From Nageia nagi (lineage: Eukaryota > Plantae > Pinophyta): DNA of 64,000 nt. The DNA lies in NCBI GenBank assembly GCA_050084985.1, contig JBITNC010000001.1, positions 38,068,001 through 38,132,000 on the forward strand, read 5' to 3'. The number at the start of each line of letters is the position of its first letter. Within the stretch, counting starts at the first letter, position 1. Below, one piece after another: positions 13,501-27,474 of the stretch. The position numbers and the translations under genes were made by a program. The notes beneath the pieces are model-generated. The model was not told the origin of the DNA. It saw nothing but the letters and a program-made list of their open reading frames with translations, and made no database searches.

Positions 13501-14421
13501 ATAAATGAAGATCCTGAAGAGCTTGGGAGACAGATGACAAACTTGTTTCACTCTTATTGTATTGAAAATATAGTTTGAAAAGCCTTGTGTGGAATGGAAC
13601 TATCCTATCACTGTCTCATATAATTGTGATAACGCCAATAGAAGCTACCTAAAGATGTCAATCAATTGAAGCCTCTCAATTATGCAGAATGGGGAGTCTA
13701 ATGTTTGATTCTTTTTTTATGGTGTGACAACTATGTTTTGAGAAAAATAAGGTTTCCCTTACAATTGGGCAATAAGAAAATCAAGATGTCAGAGCATATG
13801 TTCCCATCAGTTCTAGTTGGTTTCTTGGTGTGCTAAGTTTGGGCATTTTAGTTGAATTGATGCTTCCATGCCTTATAACCAACAATTTGATGCCCTTTCC
13901 ATTGTACTTGATTTTATTAATGAATTCCATGACTTTATGCCACGTTGAAAATTAAAACCATGGACCCCTTATGAATTGGACCAAGTCCAACCATGTTCAA
14001 GTACAATTTTTTGAAAGATAAAATGACATTAAGAGCACAATATTGGGGAAGTTTTAATTTTTTAGTTGTTTATGCAAACTATATAGAGGTGGTTGTAATA
14101 ACCACCTGCGAAATATTACAAGACTTTATAGCATTTCATTAACTTACAAATAAAGATATTGTGTTTTTAACTATGGATGGGATGGGTTTTGTCTGCACTT
14201 TGTTTTCATAGGTTCTATTTTTCAGTTTTGAAAATCGATTTCTAACAGTGGACTTGAATTGAGCAACAAGTTCACAATCTCTTGTATCCCCCAATTTCTT
14301 TCCATTGTCTAAGATGTGTCTTGCATAAATAAACCACAAAACTAATAGAGAGGTGCATGAAGCTATTTCTCATCTACAACCCAAAACGTGATGTGAATGG
14401 GAAGAAGTCACCTCACCATCT

Positions 14422-14448
14422 GAAGAAGAAGAAGAAGAAGAAGAAGAA
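14422..14448. repeat. (GAA)9 microsatellite
   Basis: Read directly from the sequence. Confidence 0.95.
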
Positions 14449-14599
14449 AACATACTATTTTGTTGATCATTGTACGTGGTTGATTATAAAATTTATCTTA
14501 GACAATTGGCTAGATCACAAAGAAAATATACAAGTAAAGTTATGCCAACCTATACAGATAAGAAATAATAGATTAGTTAGCAAGAAAAATATGAAAAAA

Positions 14600-16760
14600 T
14601 AACGGTGTTGGATTGCAAACATTGACAAGCCGAGTTTCCAATTTGTTTTTTAAGGAAAGACCACCAAGGGAGAAGATCATGATCACTTGAAGATAAAAGA
14701 GACCAAGAAGAACAAAAAAAAAACTCATACCAATATAAGGAATGGTAAAAATCTTTTGGCGAATTTGGTTAAAAAAAAATGAGGAAGAATTTTGCTTGCA
14801 ATGCCCTTATAAATATCCTAAGTTGAACATAATGTACAACAATGTACAATTTGTTGGGAAGGATCCAAAGGAATGGCTTAGATAATAAAGCAAATTTTTG
14901 TGCTCTTGTATAGTCCACATTTAGGTAAAATACACTTGACAATCACATACTTGGAAAAGGATGCTTAGTAAACTATCGTTATGAAGTTGAAGCAAAATAA
15001 AGCAACATCCACCTGGGAAACAATCACAAATGGATCTTACAAAGATTTGACTCCATTGAGAACAAAATTCACATGGTACAAATGTTTAATAAAACAAATA
15101 GGTTTAATTGGGGATTTTAAAGCTCAATTTCACAAATTGGTTAATACTAGTCGATGCATAAGGAGGATATTAGGAAAGAAATGGGTATGCTTGAACTAAA
15201 AACTTAAAGTGGAATCACTCACCAAGGAAAAATAGTTGATGCATAACTTGTAACAATACACTAACCATCTTTCAAAAAATCCTTGATAATGAATAACAAG
15301 AACTAAAACAATAAAGTTGCAGGACAACTAGTGAGAAAGTTGGCAAGGGATTATGTTTAGGATATGATAAAAAATGGAACCAAGGACATAAACACACCAA
15401 GATATGGCCATTGAGAGAGGCAAATCATATTAAGAGGAACACATTAAAGAATAAGAACAAAAAAAATAAGGGAGAAAGTGGCCACTTTCACTCCATGGTT
15501 TACATGGAATCTCGTTATTGTGCACCAACGATATGTTGTTACATTGAAAAATAAAAAGTAGTAGCCTTTATTGATAGTGGTAATACACATAATTTTATCA
15601 ATTCCTGGGCCAAGATATTACATGAATTTTGTGCACCCAATAAAATATTTCAATGTTTTCATTGCCAATGGAGAAAATGTGTTATGCTAAAGTACGTGTC
15701 ATGGGGTATCCTAACAATGAATGATTGCATTCTTTCTTTCATAACTATGCATTTTATGGATCTAATAGGAATAAATGGAGTGTTAGGTTTGCAACAGTTA
15801 GAACTTGGAAGAATTTGCATGAATTGTAAAGAGGTATATTTGAAATTGAAGCAAAGAATTAAAGAAATCATAATTAAAGAATGTAGGTACCACCTTTGCA
15901 AGTGGTGAGTTAACATTGAATGCAAATGCTCATCATGGAATGATATCAAGGGGTAATCACATATTATTTAGTAATAGGGGTAATACAACAAGAGCAAAAG
16001 CAACCACAAGACTCATAAAGAATTATATTCAAGCATGATAAGATATCAACAAATACAAATATTATTATCAAAAAGAACTTATGAGCATGTTATCAACTTA
16101 AAGTCAATATGTAAAATACCTAATATTAGGCATATAAGTATCCATTCAGTAAAAAAGGGCTTAATAAACTAGTGTGAGAATGGTTAGAACAAGGTATTAT
16201 ATTGTTGAGGAATAATCCTTTTTCTTCACCAATAATGATGGTTAGAAAGGGGGATGATACATGGGGAATGTGTGTGGATCACCTAGCTTAGTGTTGGTGC
16301 ATCATATCATATTTCTAGTAAGATGTTCCCTTATGAAGCAATTTATGGGAAAAAAACATCTTGCATTGATGGAGGACAACCCAAATCAACAAAGGTCAAT
16401 GATGCTGGTAATATGTTATATCATTGATAGGAAGTTCTCTCCCTTAAAGACAATCTTCACCAAGTCTTAATTGTATGAAACATGTGGATCAATTAAAAAT
16501 ATAAAGAAGTGTGAAGGAAGGTGATGTGGTGTTCCTTGATTTCCATCTCATACAAAGAAATATCTTTAAAAACAAAAACCAAGCAAAAGTTTAGACCCAA
16601 ATTCTATGGACATTATAAGTACTCGAGAGAATTAGGTAAGTGGATTGCAAATTGGAATTGTTGGCAACCTAAAATATTCATAATCTTTCATGTTTCTTGT
16701 ATTAAATAAGTGTTAGGTAAAAACATTCAAGCATAAACAAAGCTAACAAAACTTGATGAA
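14600..16760 (+). mobile_element. Highly degenerate chromovirus-type Gypsy remnant (gag end, protease, RT start, integrase C-terminus) with a large internal deletion
   Basis: VVAFIDSGNTHNFI at ~15558-15600. WLEQGII...NPFSSPIMMVRKGDDTWGMCVD at ~16180-16280. Immediately followed by SYHISSKMFPYEAIYG, LKDNL, KFRPKFYGHYK and IFHVSCIK. The left boundary is approximate. Confidence 0.8.
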
Positions 16761-16765
16761 GTTTA

Positions 16766-19170
16766 GATCATGATGGTGTTTCACTACTACATGTTTGGCG
16801 GTGTGCATTTACTCGAAGACATTTAATGCCTTTTCTTGAAGTGCATTCTGCTCTTGCCTCAAGAAAAATGCAAGGCGAAGTTGCAAAATTGAGTAAATGA
16901 AGGCGTATTTATAGATTTAGGGTATGAATAACATTTAATTCACTCCACTTAATACCATCTACTCGTCAATGACTGTCAGCGGGTAAGGTGCCATCTCATA
17001 CATCAAATTGACCTGCAAAATAATGTTGATAAATTATAAGTTCAAGAATTTTGACAAAAATATTATGGAATTAAGGAAATTCAAAGAATCCAAGTAAGCC
17101 TGAAATACTTGGTTCATGACATACTCTCCCTCTAGAGATAAACTCACTCTCGTGAGTGAATGTTCAAAAAGAAAGAGTAATGGAAATTATTGTTTCAAAA
17201 TATGAACTTTTTTCGGGGTTGCACTTCGCTCAGAGTAATAATCCCATTGAACTAAGCATTCATCAATCTCCATATTCTTGAGCAATCTAGATTTGTATCC
17301 CAAGATTTTTACAGGTCAAACTTTAAATGAAAGAGGATCTTTAAGAGTGATACATATTTTGCATATTTGATAAGTTGGCATGTAGTTGTAACTTATATAG
17401 GCCATTGGATTCACTCTTTTTAAGATTTGATATTTCCTTTAAAATCTAAGCAACCATACTTTTTGTAATAACTTTACGACGTACATTTTCAAAAAATTTA
17501 AAAATTTGGTGTTGCCACCAACATTTTGTTTGATGAACAAGTTAACAAGATTGCCTATAATGTCCCCATTTCTATGGCATTTCCCCCACTTCGCCATTGG
17601 AAAGTGGGAACACTTAATTTAGGTTTATTTTATTTAATTTTGCTTTTATTAATGTTAATTTAGCCTTTATTTGTAAGTTCCACTTGGGAAAGGATTAATT
17701 TATTACTCCAATTATGGATGTTGGGCCTTTTAGTGTAATTAGGAGTGATTTAATATTTTAATATGCCAATAATTATGTAATAAAAATACCAAGACAATTA
17801 TTAATTGTAAATGTAATATTAGTCACCCAATTTGGGAAGTTGTGTATGAGAAGCCTTGATGAATGTAAATTGACATTTAATAGGTCTTAGTTATTGTTAG
17901 CTCCCCTCTTAGCTATTTGAGGTAGAGCAATATGATTCCTATGGAATAACACTTACTACGAGGCACTGGAAGACTCCCACACTTGGATGTTGGGCTCACG
18001 AGGAGGTTTGGATTGTGTGATTAGCAATTGGGCATCCTAAGACACACATGTCTCACCCTTGTAGGCTCCTAGCATAATGTCATGGATTCCTAAGCGCATG
18101 GAAGTTCCCCACAACCCAACATTGGCATTCTAGACTCTTGGATGTGATTACATCCATGCCAAGACTTCTCATCTTGAGCATTGGATATGGAGAGTACACA
18201 AATCACCCTTGGACATAGTTGGATGAGATTACATTAATCCCAATGCAAGATTAATGATGAAGCTATCTCACACTATTAAAGGAGGATTCCTGGAAGACAA
18301 TATTATTATATTATGATTATGATTTCTTCTGCTTAGCTTAGGTGTTGTCTTCCTTGATTATCACATCGGTGGAGTGAGGTAACTGTTGCGGGGTACAAAA
18401 TAGGACTTTAGTGGGCACACACTTCTAGGAATAACGCACTCAAGGTTGTAAACTAGTGATTCAGGGGGTGTTAGCATTACCCTTGGATTAGTAGAATACT
18501 TCTAGTGGATCTATTATGAGATTCCACCATAGCTGCAAAGGAGGAAGCCCTGGTGCAAGCCTTGCCATTGCTAAGGATATGAGCCCTGGAGCATTAGTCT
18601 TCGTTGCACAATCATTGTAACTGAGGTTACTTCACTTATTATTCGAATACAATTACATTTGGCCATTACACTATTATTTACTTGTCATTTCGTAGTCATT
18701 GTCTCTCATTGCTTGGACATTGGATATGTAGTGCATAATTATGTTATTTACATAACATTTGGCTTTCCTAATTTTTATGTTGGATGTGAATGAGCTTTTA
18801 CTTGCTGTTGCTTAAGATCTTGCCTCCATACCTAAACATTGGGATTGTTTGAGGTGATTGAGTTCTTGAAAGTGCAATGTTGGCATACTTGCATGAGATC
18901 TTGAATATTTGCTTGGTTCGTTGAGTATTGGCCCTCTTTAGTGTGACGTTGAATCCTGAGGAGCATTTTCCCCTAGATCTGAGGCTTGAGGTTTGATGTC
19001 CCTAATAGTTTGGTAAGTTTTAATTATTACTTTGGTTTGGGAATTCGAGGATTTATGAAGAATTCGAGTGAGCCCTAATTTGGCTCATTGCATTATCAAT
19101 TCTCTTTTTTGCCATGTTTTTGAGCTTTTCAAGATTATCATTACAAAGTTGAGACAAGAAGAAATTTATT
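16766..19170 (-). mobile_element. 3' end of a second chromovirus Gypsy (integrase C-terminus, chromodomain, PPT, short LTR), interrupted by a solo LTR
   Basis: Minus strand reads DNLEK.., then the insertion, then YQILKRVNPMAY.KLQL and chromodomain ECLVQWDYYSERSAT...FP (~17170-17300). PPT AGAGGGAGAG is followed by TGTCATGA at 17121. The putative LTR is ~16766-17121. Confidence 0.7.
17556..19092 (+). mobile_element. Solo LTR, ~1.5-kb family (TGTAATGTCCCC...CTCATCACA), diverged copy
   Basis: Starts TATAATGTCCCC and ends GAGTGAGCCCTAATTTGGCTCATTGCA. Both ends match the reverse complements of the LTRs at 33275 and 54268. Degenerate TSD TTGCC/TTATC. Confidence 0.8.
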
Positions 19171-19499
19171 ACTATTCTTTGTGATAAATTAGAGAACTTT
19201 TCATGCTAGAATGACAAGTTTTAAACCAGAGAAGAGGAGATAAACCAAAATACCAAGGAAACATTTTCTCAAGGGTAGTGTATCTAGGGATAGTCAATTT
19301 GCGGGGAAAACACGATTAAGTTGTAACCACTCAAAGTAGGTAATGGAGAGGCCAAGATGAAAGCTTGCCACGCCAAGACTATAAAAAACATGGGCCAATG
19401 TGGTCATAAGAGATAACCTTGATGAAGTAATCGAAGCAAAAGTGGAGGCAAAAAATGTTGATAATGTAGCCGTCTCACCATTTCGAATGAAATTCTTGA

Positions 19500-20110
19500 A
19501 ATTGATAGAGATAAGCGGAAAAACACCTTGATTGGAAGATTTGTAAGAATCAAACCCAACTTAAACCAAATCTAAAAGTTAGTGATCGAACATTAGAAGA
19601 TTTTTACAAGTGGATGTTGTGGCTCTCATGTACAAATTTTTGTTCTTCAAATTTACAAATTCAGATTACTTAAATAAGGTGCTTGAATTGGTCCGTGGTT
19701 TCTTGGGCAAAAAGGTCTTGTCCTAAAATGATGGTGCCCAGGCTTTAGACTTGATAAGGAAAATATAGACCTAGTTCTAATTTGGTTAGATATGCCGGAC
19801 CTTCCATTGGACTATTGGAATATTAATGTCATTGTGGGTATAACAATTTCAATAGGATCTTTGGCGTCGATTGATAACTTTACATGACTTGGGAGCCAAA
19901 TGATTGAAACTCTTTTCTGTGTTAATATTGAGATCACTAAAGGACTTTGAGATAAGATCTTCCGGATGAAGAAGACAAAGGCATTTGGTAGCAAACCATC
20001 ATCTATGAGAACCTTCCTGTAAGATGTAATAGTTGCAGTAAATTTGATCATCACAACGAGAATGTTTAGACAAAAATGACAAAAGATGAAAGTCAAAATA
20101 CTAAGCCGCA
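19500..20110 (+). pseudogene. LINE ORF1 remnant (DUF4283 + zinc knuckle)
   Basis: LIGRFVRIKPNL; GPWFLGQKGLVLK*WCPGF...LIWLDMPDLPLDYW; YENLPVRCNSCSKFDH. Confidence 0.8.
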
Positions 20111-20617
20111 AGAAGGATGAAAAACTACTGCTAGTAAGAACCAAGGTGACCTGAGGAATGATCAATTTCAAATAAATATAGGAGGTAATAACTTTTGGTG
20201 GAGGAAAATGTTTAAACAAGGAATTCTTCCAACCTCTAAACCAAGATGGTGGTATTAAGATTGTTGAAATCACTGACTTTGAAAAACAACATATTTCAAC
20301 TACGGAAGGAGCAATAGTAATATATGAAGGAAATTGGACTCAAGTTAGAGGTAAGAAAAGACATAAGAGTGAGGAAGAACTAATTACAAGTTCAAGAAAT
20401 GCAAAAGGAAGCTCCCAATGGACATTGATAATGGAACAAAGGTCACTCCACAAAGAACTTTCAACAGTCTAAGAAAAATCCCAAATGTTGGAAAAGATCA
20501 CGTTGGCAGACCTTCAAGTTAGGAAGTAAGAAAGAAGAAGACAAAGGGAGATATTACCAATGGTAAACAAAGCACTCTAGAGTAGAGTGGGAGCTGAAAG
20601 GCCTTAAGAGGTTTCCA

Positions 20618-22877
20618 ATGATTGTTCTCGACTAGAATGTATAGGGTTTTAATACCCATGACAGATAATGGGCCATCAAAGACCTCTCTAGAGAAGTTCA
20701 CCTTGATATTTTGTTGATCCAGGAAACAAAGGTTCGAAGTGAGAATGTGAAGGAGATGATTAGTAAAATTTGGAGAGGAGCAGGAAATGATTGGAAGGAA
20801 TCAATAGGAGTGTTTGGAGCATTGTTCACCTTGTGGAACCCAACAATTATCCAAGGTAGTTCCATACCTAGCTTGTCAAATAGGTACATTCATACCCATA
20901 TGAAAGTTGTTAGTTTCAATTTTAAATTTGTCGCAGCAAATCTTTATGCCTTTAATGACACATGTGAAAGAAGGCAACTATTTGAAGATATTTCTAGAGA
21001 TAGAAGAAACTTTACTCATATCACATGGTTAGCCAATGGATACTTTAATGCCATTTTGCATGATCATGAAAAGCTTGGAGGAAGAGAGGAACCACTTGAG
21101 GTAATATGGTGGATTTGATGAGATTCATGAATTCTTCATAATTAATGGATCTAAATCTAACTAGAAGTACCTTTACTTTGATGAACAATCACGCAGAGGA
21201 CACTTTCACCCAAAGTAGACTTAACAGAGCACTTTTTTTTTATAGATTGGATTGCCCAACTTCCAAACTATATTATGGTTTAAACCAAAACCAAATTTTG
21301 ATCATAGCTTGCTAAGAAGAAGGCCCCCTTTCAGATTTGAGGTAATGCACGAATAACCGACCTTGATTTATAAAGTAAGATTGAGGAATGGTGGAAAGAG
21401 AAATTAATCTATGCAATAAAAATGTTCCAAGTTGTAGCAAAATTGCAATTTGTGAAAGATAAATTGAAGGATTGGAATATAACAACTTTTCAGAATGTCA
21501 TAAGGAGAAAAGAAGATATCAAATGTAGACTCCAACAAATTGAATATACTTATTAACAAGAGGGCAAAGAAGATCTTAAGCAAAAGTTGATCATGAAAAG
21601 GAATTTAGAAAGGAGTATAAGAAAACCATCCTACAAGAGGAACTTCATTGGAAGCAGAAATCCAGGGTAAGTTGGCTACAAGAAGGGGACATGAATACTC
21701 GCTTATTTCGTAAGGCTACCTTGAGACATAGGGCCTTCAACGAGATACATGAGATCCTACTTGAAGATGGATCCCTAATGGAGGATATTCAAGAGATCAA
21801 GGGAAAAGCAATAAGGTTCCATGAAAAACTGTTGGCCCTAAATCAAAATTAAGATTATTTGTCAATACACAATAGTAAAAGAAATATCCCAAAGTTGTAG
21901 ATGAAGAATATAATGCCAACCTCACAAAGCCCTTCTTTAAAGAGAAAATTAGGGATGTTGTATTTACGATTGGCAAATATAAAGCAACATATCCGGATGG
22001 ATTACCTACCATATTCTTTCAAACATTTTGGCACTTTGTAGGGGAGGAGGTAATACATGAAGTTCAAGAGTTTCAACAACATGATTTATTATTAAAAAGT
22101 TGGAATGTCACTTTTTTGGCTCTCGTACCCAAAATTCAAGGTGCTTTTAATTTGGAAATTTTTAGACTCATCAATTTATGCAATATAATTTATAAAATAA
22201 TCACCAAAATTTTGGCTAATAGGTTGCAACTAATTCTCCCCAAATTAATCTGTAGGAAGCATGATGGGTTTATGAAGGGGAGCCAAATTGGGGATGGAAT
22301 CATAACCATGCACGAAGTAATATATACAATCAAGGAAAGGAGAAGGCCATGACAAAGTGTTATTGGAGTTTTTGGACAATGTATTAGAGAAGTTTTGATT
22401 CAATGTACAATGGAGGAAGTGGATCTGAAGTTGTATCTTTTTTGCAGCCTTCTCAGTGTTCATCAATGGAGAAGCTTTTGGGTTCTTTAGTTCTCGGAGA
22501 GAGTTGAGGCAGGGAGATCCATTAACTCCTTACCTGTTCATCATCATGGTTGAACCTCTCGAAAGGATTTTGAAAATTGCAAAAAGGGAAAGAAGGATTG
22601 AAGATATCACTCCGATGCAAGGATGTGAAGTTGTTACTCACCACTAATTTGTGGATGATACAATTCTGGCTAATAAAGTTTATGTGAAGGAAGCTAAGGA
22701 GATGATCTAGATTTTGATGGAATATAAAAAAGCTTCACAATAAAAGATTACCTTTGATAGGACACATATCTTCTTCTTCAACACACTAGAAGGTAGGCAA
22801 AGATAAATTGTAGAAATCCTCAATTGTGAGATAGATACTCTCCCATCCAAATATATGGAAATGCCCCTATTTGGTGG
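20618..22877 (+). pseudogene. LINE ORF2, 5' part (APE endonuclease + reverse transcriptase)
   Basis: MIVLD*NV*GFN (WNVRGLN motif), LIQETK, NGYFNAIL (GDFN), PDG, LVPK...FRLINLCNIIYKIITKILANRL, LRQGDPLTPYLF, FVDDT, LPSKYMEMPLF. Confidence 0.92.
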
Positions 22878-23397
22878 TGTAGGAAATAAAAGTCATTTGA
22901 CTTGCACAAATTTGACTTCATCAACCTTTATGGTAATTGTGATGAAATGTTGTCCCCTTGACAAAACTCAAGCATGTTTTAGGCAAACCATGATCTCTTT
23001 GATGAAATGTAGGTGCGATTTAATTCGAGTGTGTTCTGCTTCAGAATGTCCAGTCATGGGCATATGAAGATTAAAACATTGGTGCGTTCTTGGAGACTTT
23101 GATGAAACCACGTTTCATCAATAGTGATTTTTCATGTTTTAGTCATTCTTTATTGGTGTGTTTTGGTAGTTATAGGGTTGTCTCTTCATTTTCGCATCAT
23201 AGGATGATTCAACTTCATCTGACTTGTATATAGTATGGTTATTTCATTGTTTTGAGATAGAGTTGATTCATTGGATGTAATGTTATGTTGCCCAAGTGAA
23301 TATTGTATACTATCATGCTCCATTACTCTTGGTTTATTGTTTGTTATGGCTCCATACTATGATGCTTGATTATTTCTTTAAGTTGTAAAACTTCATT

Positions 23398-23409
23398 TGG
23401 TATCAGAGC
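23398..23409 (+). promoter_or_regulatory. Primer-binding site (initiator tRNA-Met)
   Basis: TGGTATCAGAGC, 2 nt after the 5' LTR. Confidence 0.9.
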
Positions 23410-26400
23410 AAGTTTGGTATAAGGGTTTGAAGCAAGCTTGTGGTGTTTCTCTCTTGCAATTTATTAAATTCTTGATTGAAGCTTGGTTTCTTGTTATATT
23501 GTGCTATAATGAGCAATGACACAAATTGCTTACCAATTCTTGAGTTTGATGTGTTCGATTATGAATATTGGAGCATCAAGATGAAGACTTTGCTATTAAA
23601 CATAGATTTGTTGGACAATGTTGAATATGGATATAGAGAACCAATTGATTGGAGTGCTTTAACAACATATGGGAGGAAGAGAATGAAATAGGCCTAAAAG
23701 AAAAATTGTCTTCCATTGTATCATCTACGAACAACTCTTGAAAAGAACATTTTCCCAAGAATTGTATGTTGTACATCAACTCAACAAGCCTGGAAAACAT
23801 GGAAAGAACGGTATCAAGGAAGTGCTCAAGTGAAAGATATGAAATTGCAAACTTGTAGAATATAGTTTGAAAATCTAAAAATGCAAGAGAATGAAGGGGC
23901 CCTGGTGACTACTATGTGAGAGTGAAAGCCATTGTGAGCAAGATGGCCACTTTTGGAGAGAATATGGACAAGGTGGTTGTGATTAAAAACGATGTTGAGA
24001 ATATTCACCCCCAAGTGGAACCTTGTGGAAATCATCATAAAAGAAACTAAAATGCTATCCACACTTGAATATGACCAATTATTTAGGTGTCTCAAGTCAC
24101 ATGAGGAGAGGTTAGACGAACTACAAGTTGGTGGAGTTGAGGATAAGACATTTTATTCAAAAGAGAATTAGACAAGTGATAGTGGACAAGATAGAGGCCA
24201 ACACTTTTTTAAAGAAAGAGGTAGAGGTGGCAAAAGAGGTTCATTTGAAAGAGGTAGAGCTAGAGAACAAAGCAACAACAGTGAACATACTTCAATCCCT
24301 AGAGGTAGACCAATTGATAGAGGTATTGGAAGAAGAGACAAAAGAAACATGCAATGTTACCATTGTATAAAATTTGGCCATTTTGAGAGAGAGTGCAGAT
24401 TGTAGAAAGCTTCAAATGATGGAAGGATAACCCGTTATGGTGAAGAGGAGTTCTATGCAAAACAAAATTTATTTTTGTCTTACAATAATGTCAAGAAAAT
24501 TGAAAATGAGATATAGATTCTTGATAATGGTTGCACTAATCACATGATTGGAAAGAAAGAAGTGTTATCATCTTTGGATCATTCCAATAAATCAAGTATC
24601 AAGCTTGGGGATGAGAAATCCTTGGATGTGATAGCAAAAGGAGATATGGAAGTGCAAACAAAAGAAGGTAAATGATATTTACTATTATCTTGATTTAAGA
24701 TATAGTTTGTTGAGTATTGGGCAAATGTTGGAGAAAAACTGCAAGTTAGTTTTTGAAGATAGAAAGTGCATGATCTATGACAACAACAATGGAAATATAC
24801 ATGTTACTATTATTCATATGACAACCAATTGGTTGTTTCCTTTGAAGTTTGGAGGGCAAGGGGGAAACCTTGCTCATGTGGATGTAGAAAGCAAGAATTG
24901 GCTATGGTATTTCAGATTTGGGCATTTAAACTTTTCATGTTTAAAGTTACTCTCACCACAAGTGTATGGCTTATGAAATATTGAATATCCAAAGGGTGTA
25001 TGTGAAGTGTTTACTTTGGTAAAGCATGCTAGACATCATTTTCCAAAAGGTGAAGCATGGAGGGTCTCATACCCACTCCAACTAATCCATTATGATATTT
25101 ATGGTCTTATGCAAGCTATGAATTATGGAAGGAACTAATATTTTCTTACTTTCATTGATGTTTTTTCAAGGATGTGTTGGGTGTTTTTCATAAAACGCAA
25201 AGATGAGGCATTTAGTTGCTTCAACAAGTTCAAAAACCATGTTGAGAATCAAAGTGGGAGGAACATAAAATGCTCGAGGATTGAATGGGGTGGTTAGTTT
25301 TGTTCAAATGAATTTTTTCCAATTAGTAGAGATTATGGTATCAAAAGACAAGTGATTGTTTCCTACACTTCACAACAAAATGGGGTGGCTGACAAAAAGA
25401 ATAGGACAATGGTAGAGATTGTTAGAGGCATGCTACAAACAAAGAATTTGAGCAATTGTTATTAGGCTAATGTAGTCCGAACATCAATATACATTTAGAA
25501 TAAAAGCCCCACTAGTAGTTTGGAAAATATGACTCCCTATGAGGCATGGTTTAAAAAGAAGCCTAATGTCAATCATTTAATTTTTTGGGGTGTTTGACAT
25601 ACATACATGTGGTTGATGAGATAAGGAGAAAGCTTGATGCTAAGAGTTAGGTAGGTATCTTCATAAGGTAAGGTGAAGATACCATAAGCTTTACAACCCC
25701 AAAACTCAAAAGGTTGTTGTATCTAGAGATGTGATTTTTGATGAAGGGGGAGTTTGGGGTTAACAATTTTTTTTATAGATGATGGCAACCATGAGGAGAG
25801 TATTACAAATACATAGTCATGTGTGCGACTTAAAGTTATTCCACCACATCAAATAATTGCACGAAGTCCATCTACATATCCCTCCAACAGTCCCAAATCA
25901 AGTACTACAAGTACATCTTCAAGTGACAGCAAATCTCTAAATGTTTTTGGTGATATGAAGAAGACAAAGAAAGGTGAGAAAGAACTCAAAGACCATCCAC
26001 CTTCTCATTTTTTGGACAATAACTTTCACAAGAGACTCACTAGAAGCCAAGCCCAAGAGATAGATCAAGTTGTTCAAAGATTTGAGAACTTACACATGTA
26101 CAAAGATGAGCATGAAGGAGAACCTAAAGGTGATGTGGTGAACTATGGCTTGGTATCTACTCATGTTTATGAACTTCGTAGTTTTGAACAAGTTTGTACT
26201 AATAATGTTTGGATGCAAGCAATGGAAGAAGAGATAAATTCAATTGTTAAAAATGACACTTGGGAGCTTTGTAATTTTCCCAAGAATAAGAATTGTGTAG
26301 GTTGAAAATGGGTCTACAAGACAAAGTACAACAATGATGGAAACATTAAAAGGTACAAGACAAGATTGGTGGCAAAGAGATTTATTCAAAAATATACCAT

Positions 26401-27323
26401 TGACTATGAAGAGGCATTTGCTCTTGTTGCAAGACAAGAAACAATAAGGATGATGTTATCATTGAAAACCCAAGAGAGATGGAGTGTTCATCACATGGAT
26501 GTCAAAAGTGCATTCCTAAATGCATATTTGGATAAGGGGATGTATGTTCAACAACCTCAATGCTTTGAGGTGAACGGCAAAGAGGATCATGTCTATAGAT
26601 TGAAGCAGGCATTGTATGGGTTGAAATAGGCCACTACAACATGATATACAAGGATAAATGGCTACTTTCAAAATATGGTTTCCAATGGAGCAAAAGTTAG
26701 CCAACACTCTACTACAAGAAACAAGGTGAAAATATTGTTTGTTTGTACATAATTCGATATACATGGGAAGCATTTCAAAGTTGAATGATGAATTCAAGAT
26801 TGCCATGATGGAGGAGTTTGAAATGAAAGCCTTGTGTTTGATGCACTACTTCGTAAATTAGTGATGAAAGCTTCATTTGCCAAACAAAATATGTAAAAGA
26901 CATGCTCAAAAAGTTTGGGATGGAAAATTACAAATCTTTTTCAACACCTATTGCTCATGGAGAACTATTATGTAAGGATGATAAGAGCCGAAAGGAGAAA
27001 TGTGATTGAGTAGAAAATCATAATTGGAAGCCTAATATTTCTCACAAACACTAGGCATAATTTATTATGTTGTTTCATTGGTGTTAAGGTACATGAGTGA
27101 GCCTTCTACTGTGCAGTTGGAAGGCAATGAAGAGGAACATGAGATATGTGAAAGGCACCATAGACTTTTGGATCCATTATTCTCAAACTGAGAAAATAGA
27201 GTTATTTTGCTTTAATAACAGTGATTGGAGGAATAATCTTGATAATAGGAAGTCCACATTAGGAAATTGTTTCTCAGTAGGTTCAGGAGTGATCACTTGG
27301 AGCTCTAAGAAGCAAGGGATATT

Positions 27324-27474
27324 TGCATTTTGATAAATAAAGGCCGAGTATATAGCAATCACATCAGTAACAACACAAACATTGTGGCTTAGGAAGGTGC
27401 ATTGTGATAAATAAAGGCTGAATATATAGCAATTACATCAGTAACAACACAAACATTATGGCTTAGGAAGGTGC
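27324..27474. repeat. 74-bp tandem duplication within Copia-A RNase H
   Basis: TGATAAATAAAGGC...GGCTTAGGAAGGTGC starts at 27331 and 27405. Confidence 0.95.

Noticed and set aside
12200-13700. Possible LINE 3'/RNase H-like remnant
   Set aside because: Composition is suggestive, but no unambiguous catalytic motif could be read.
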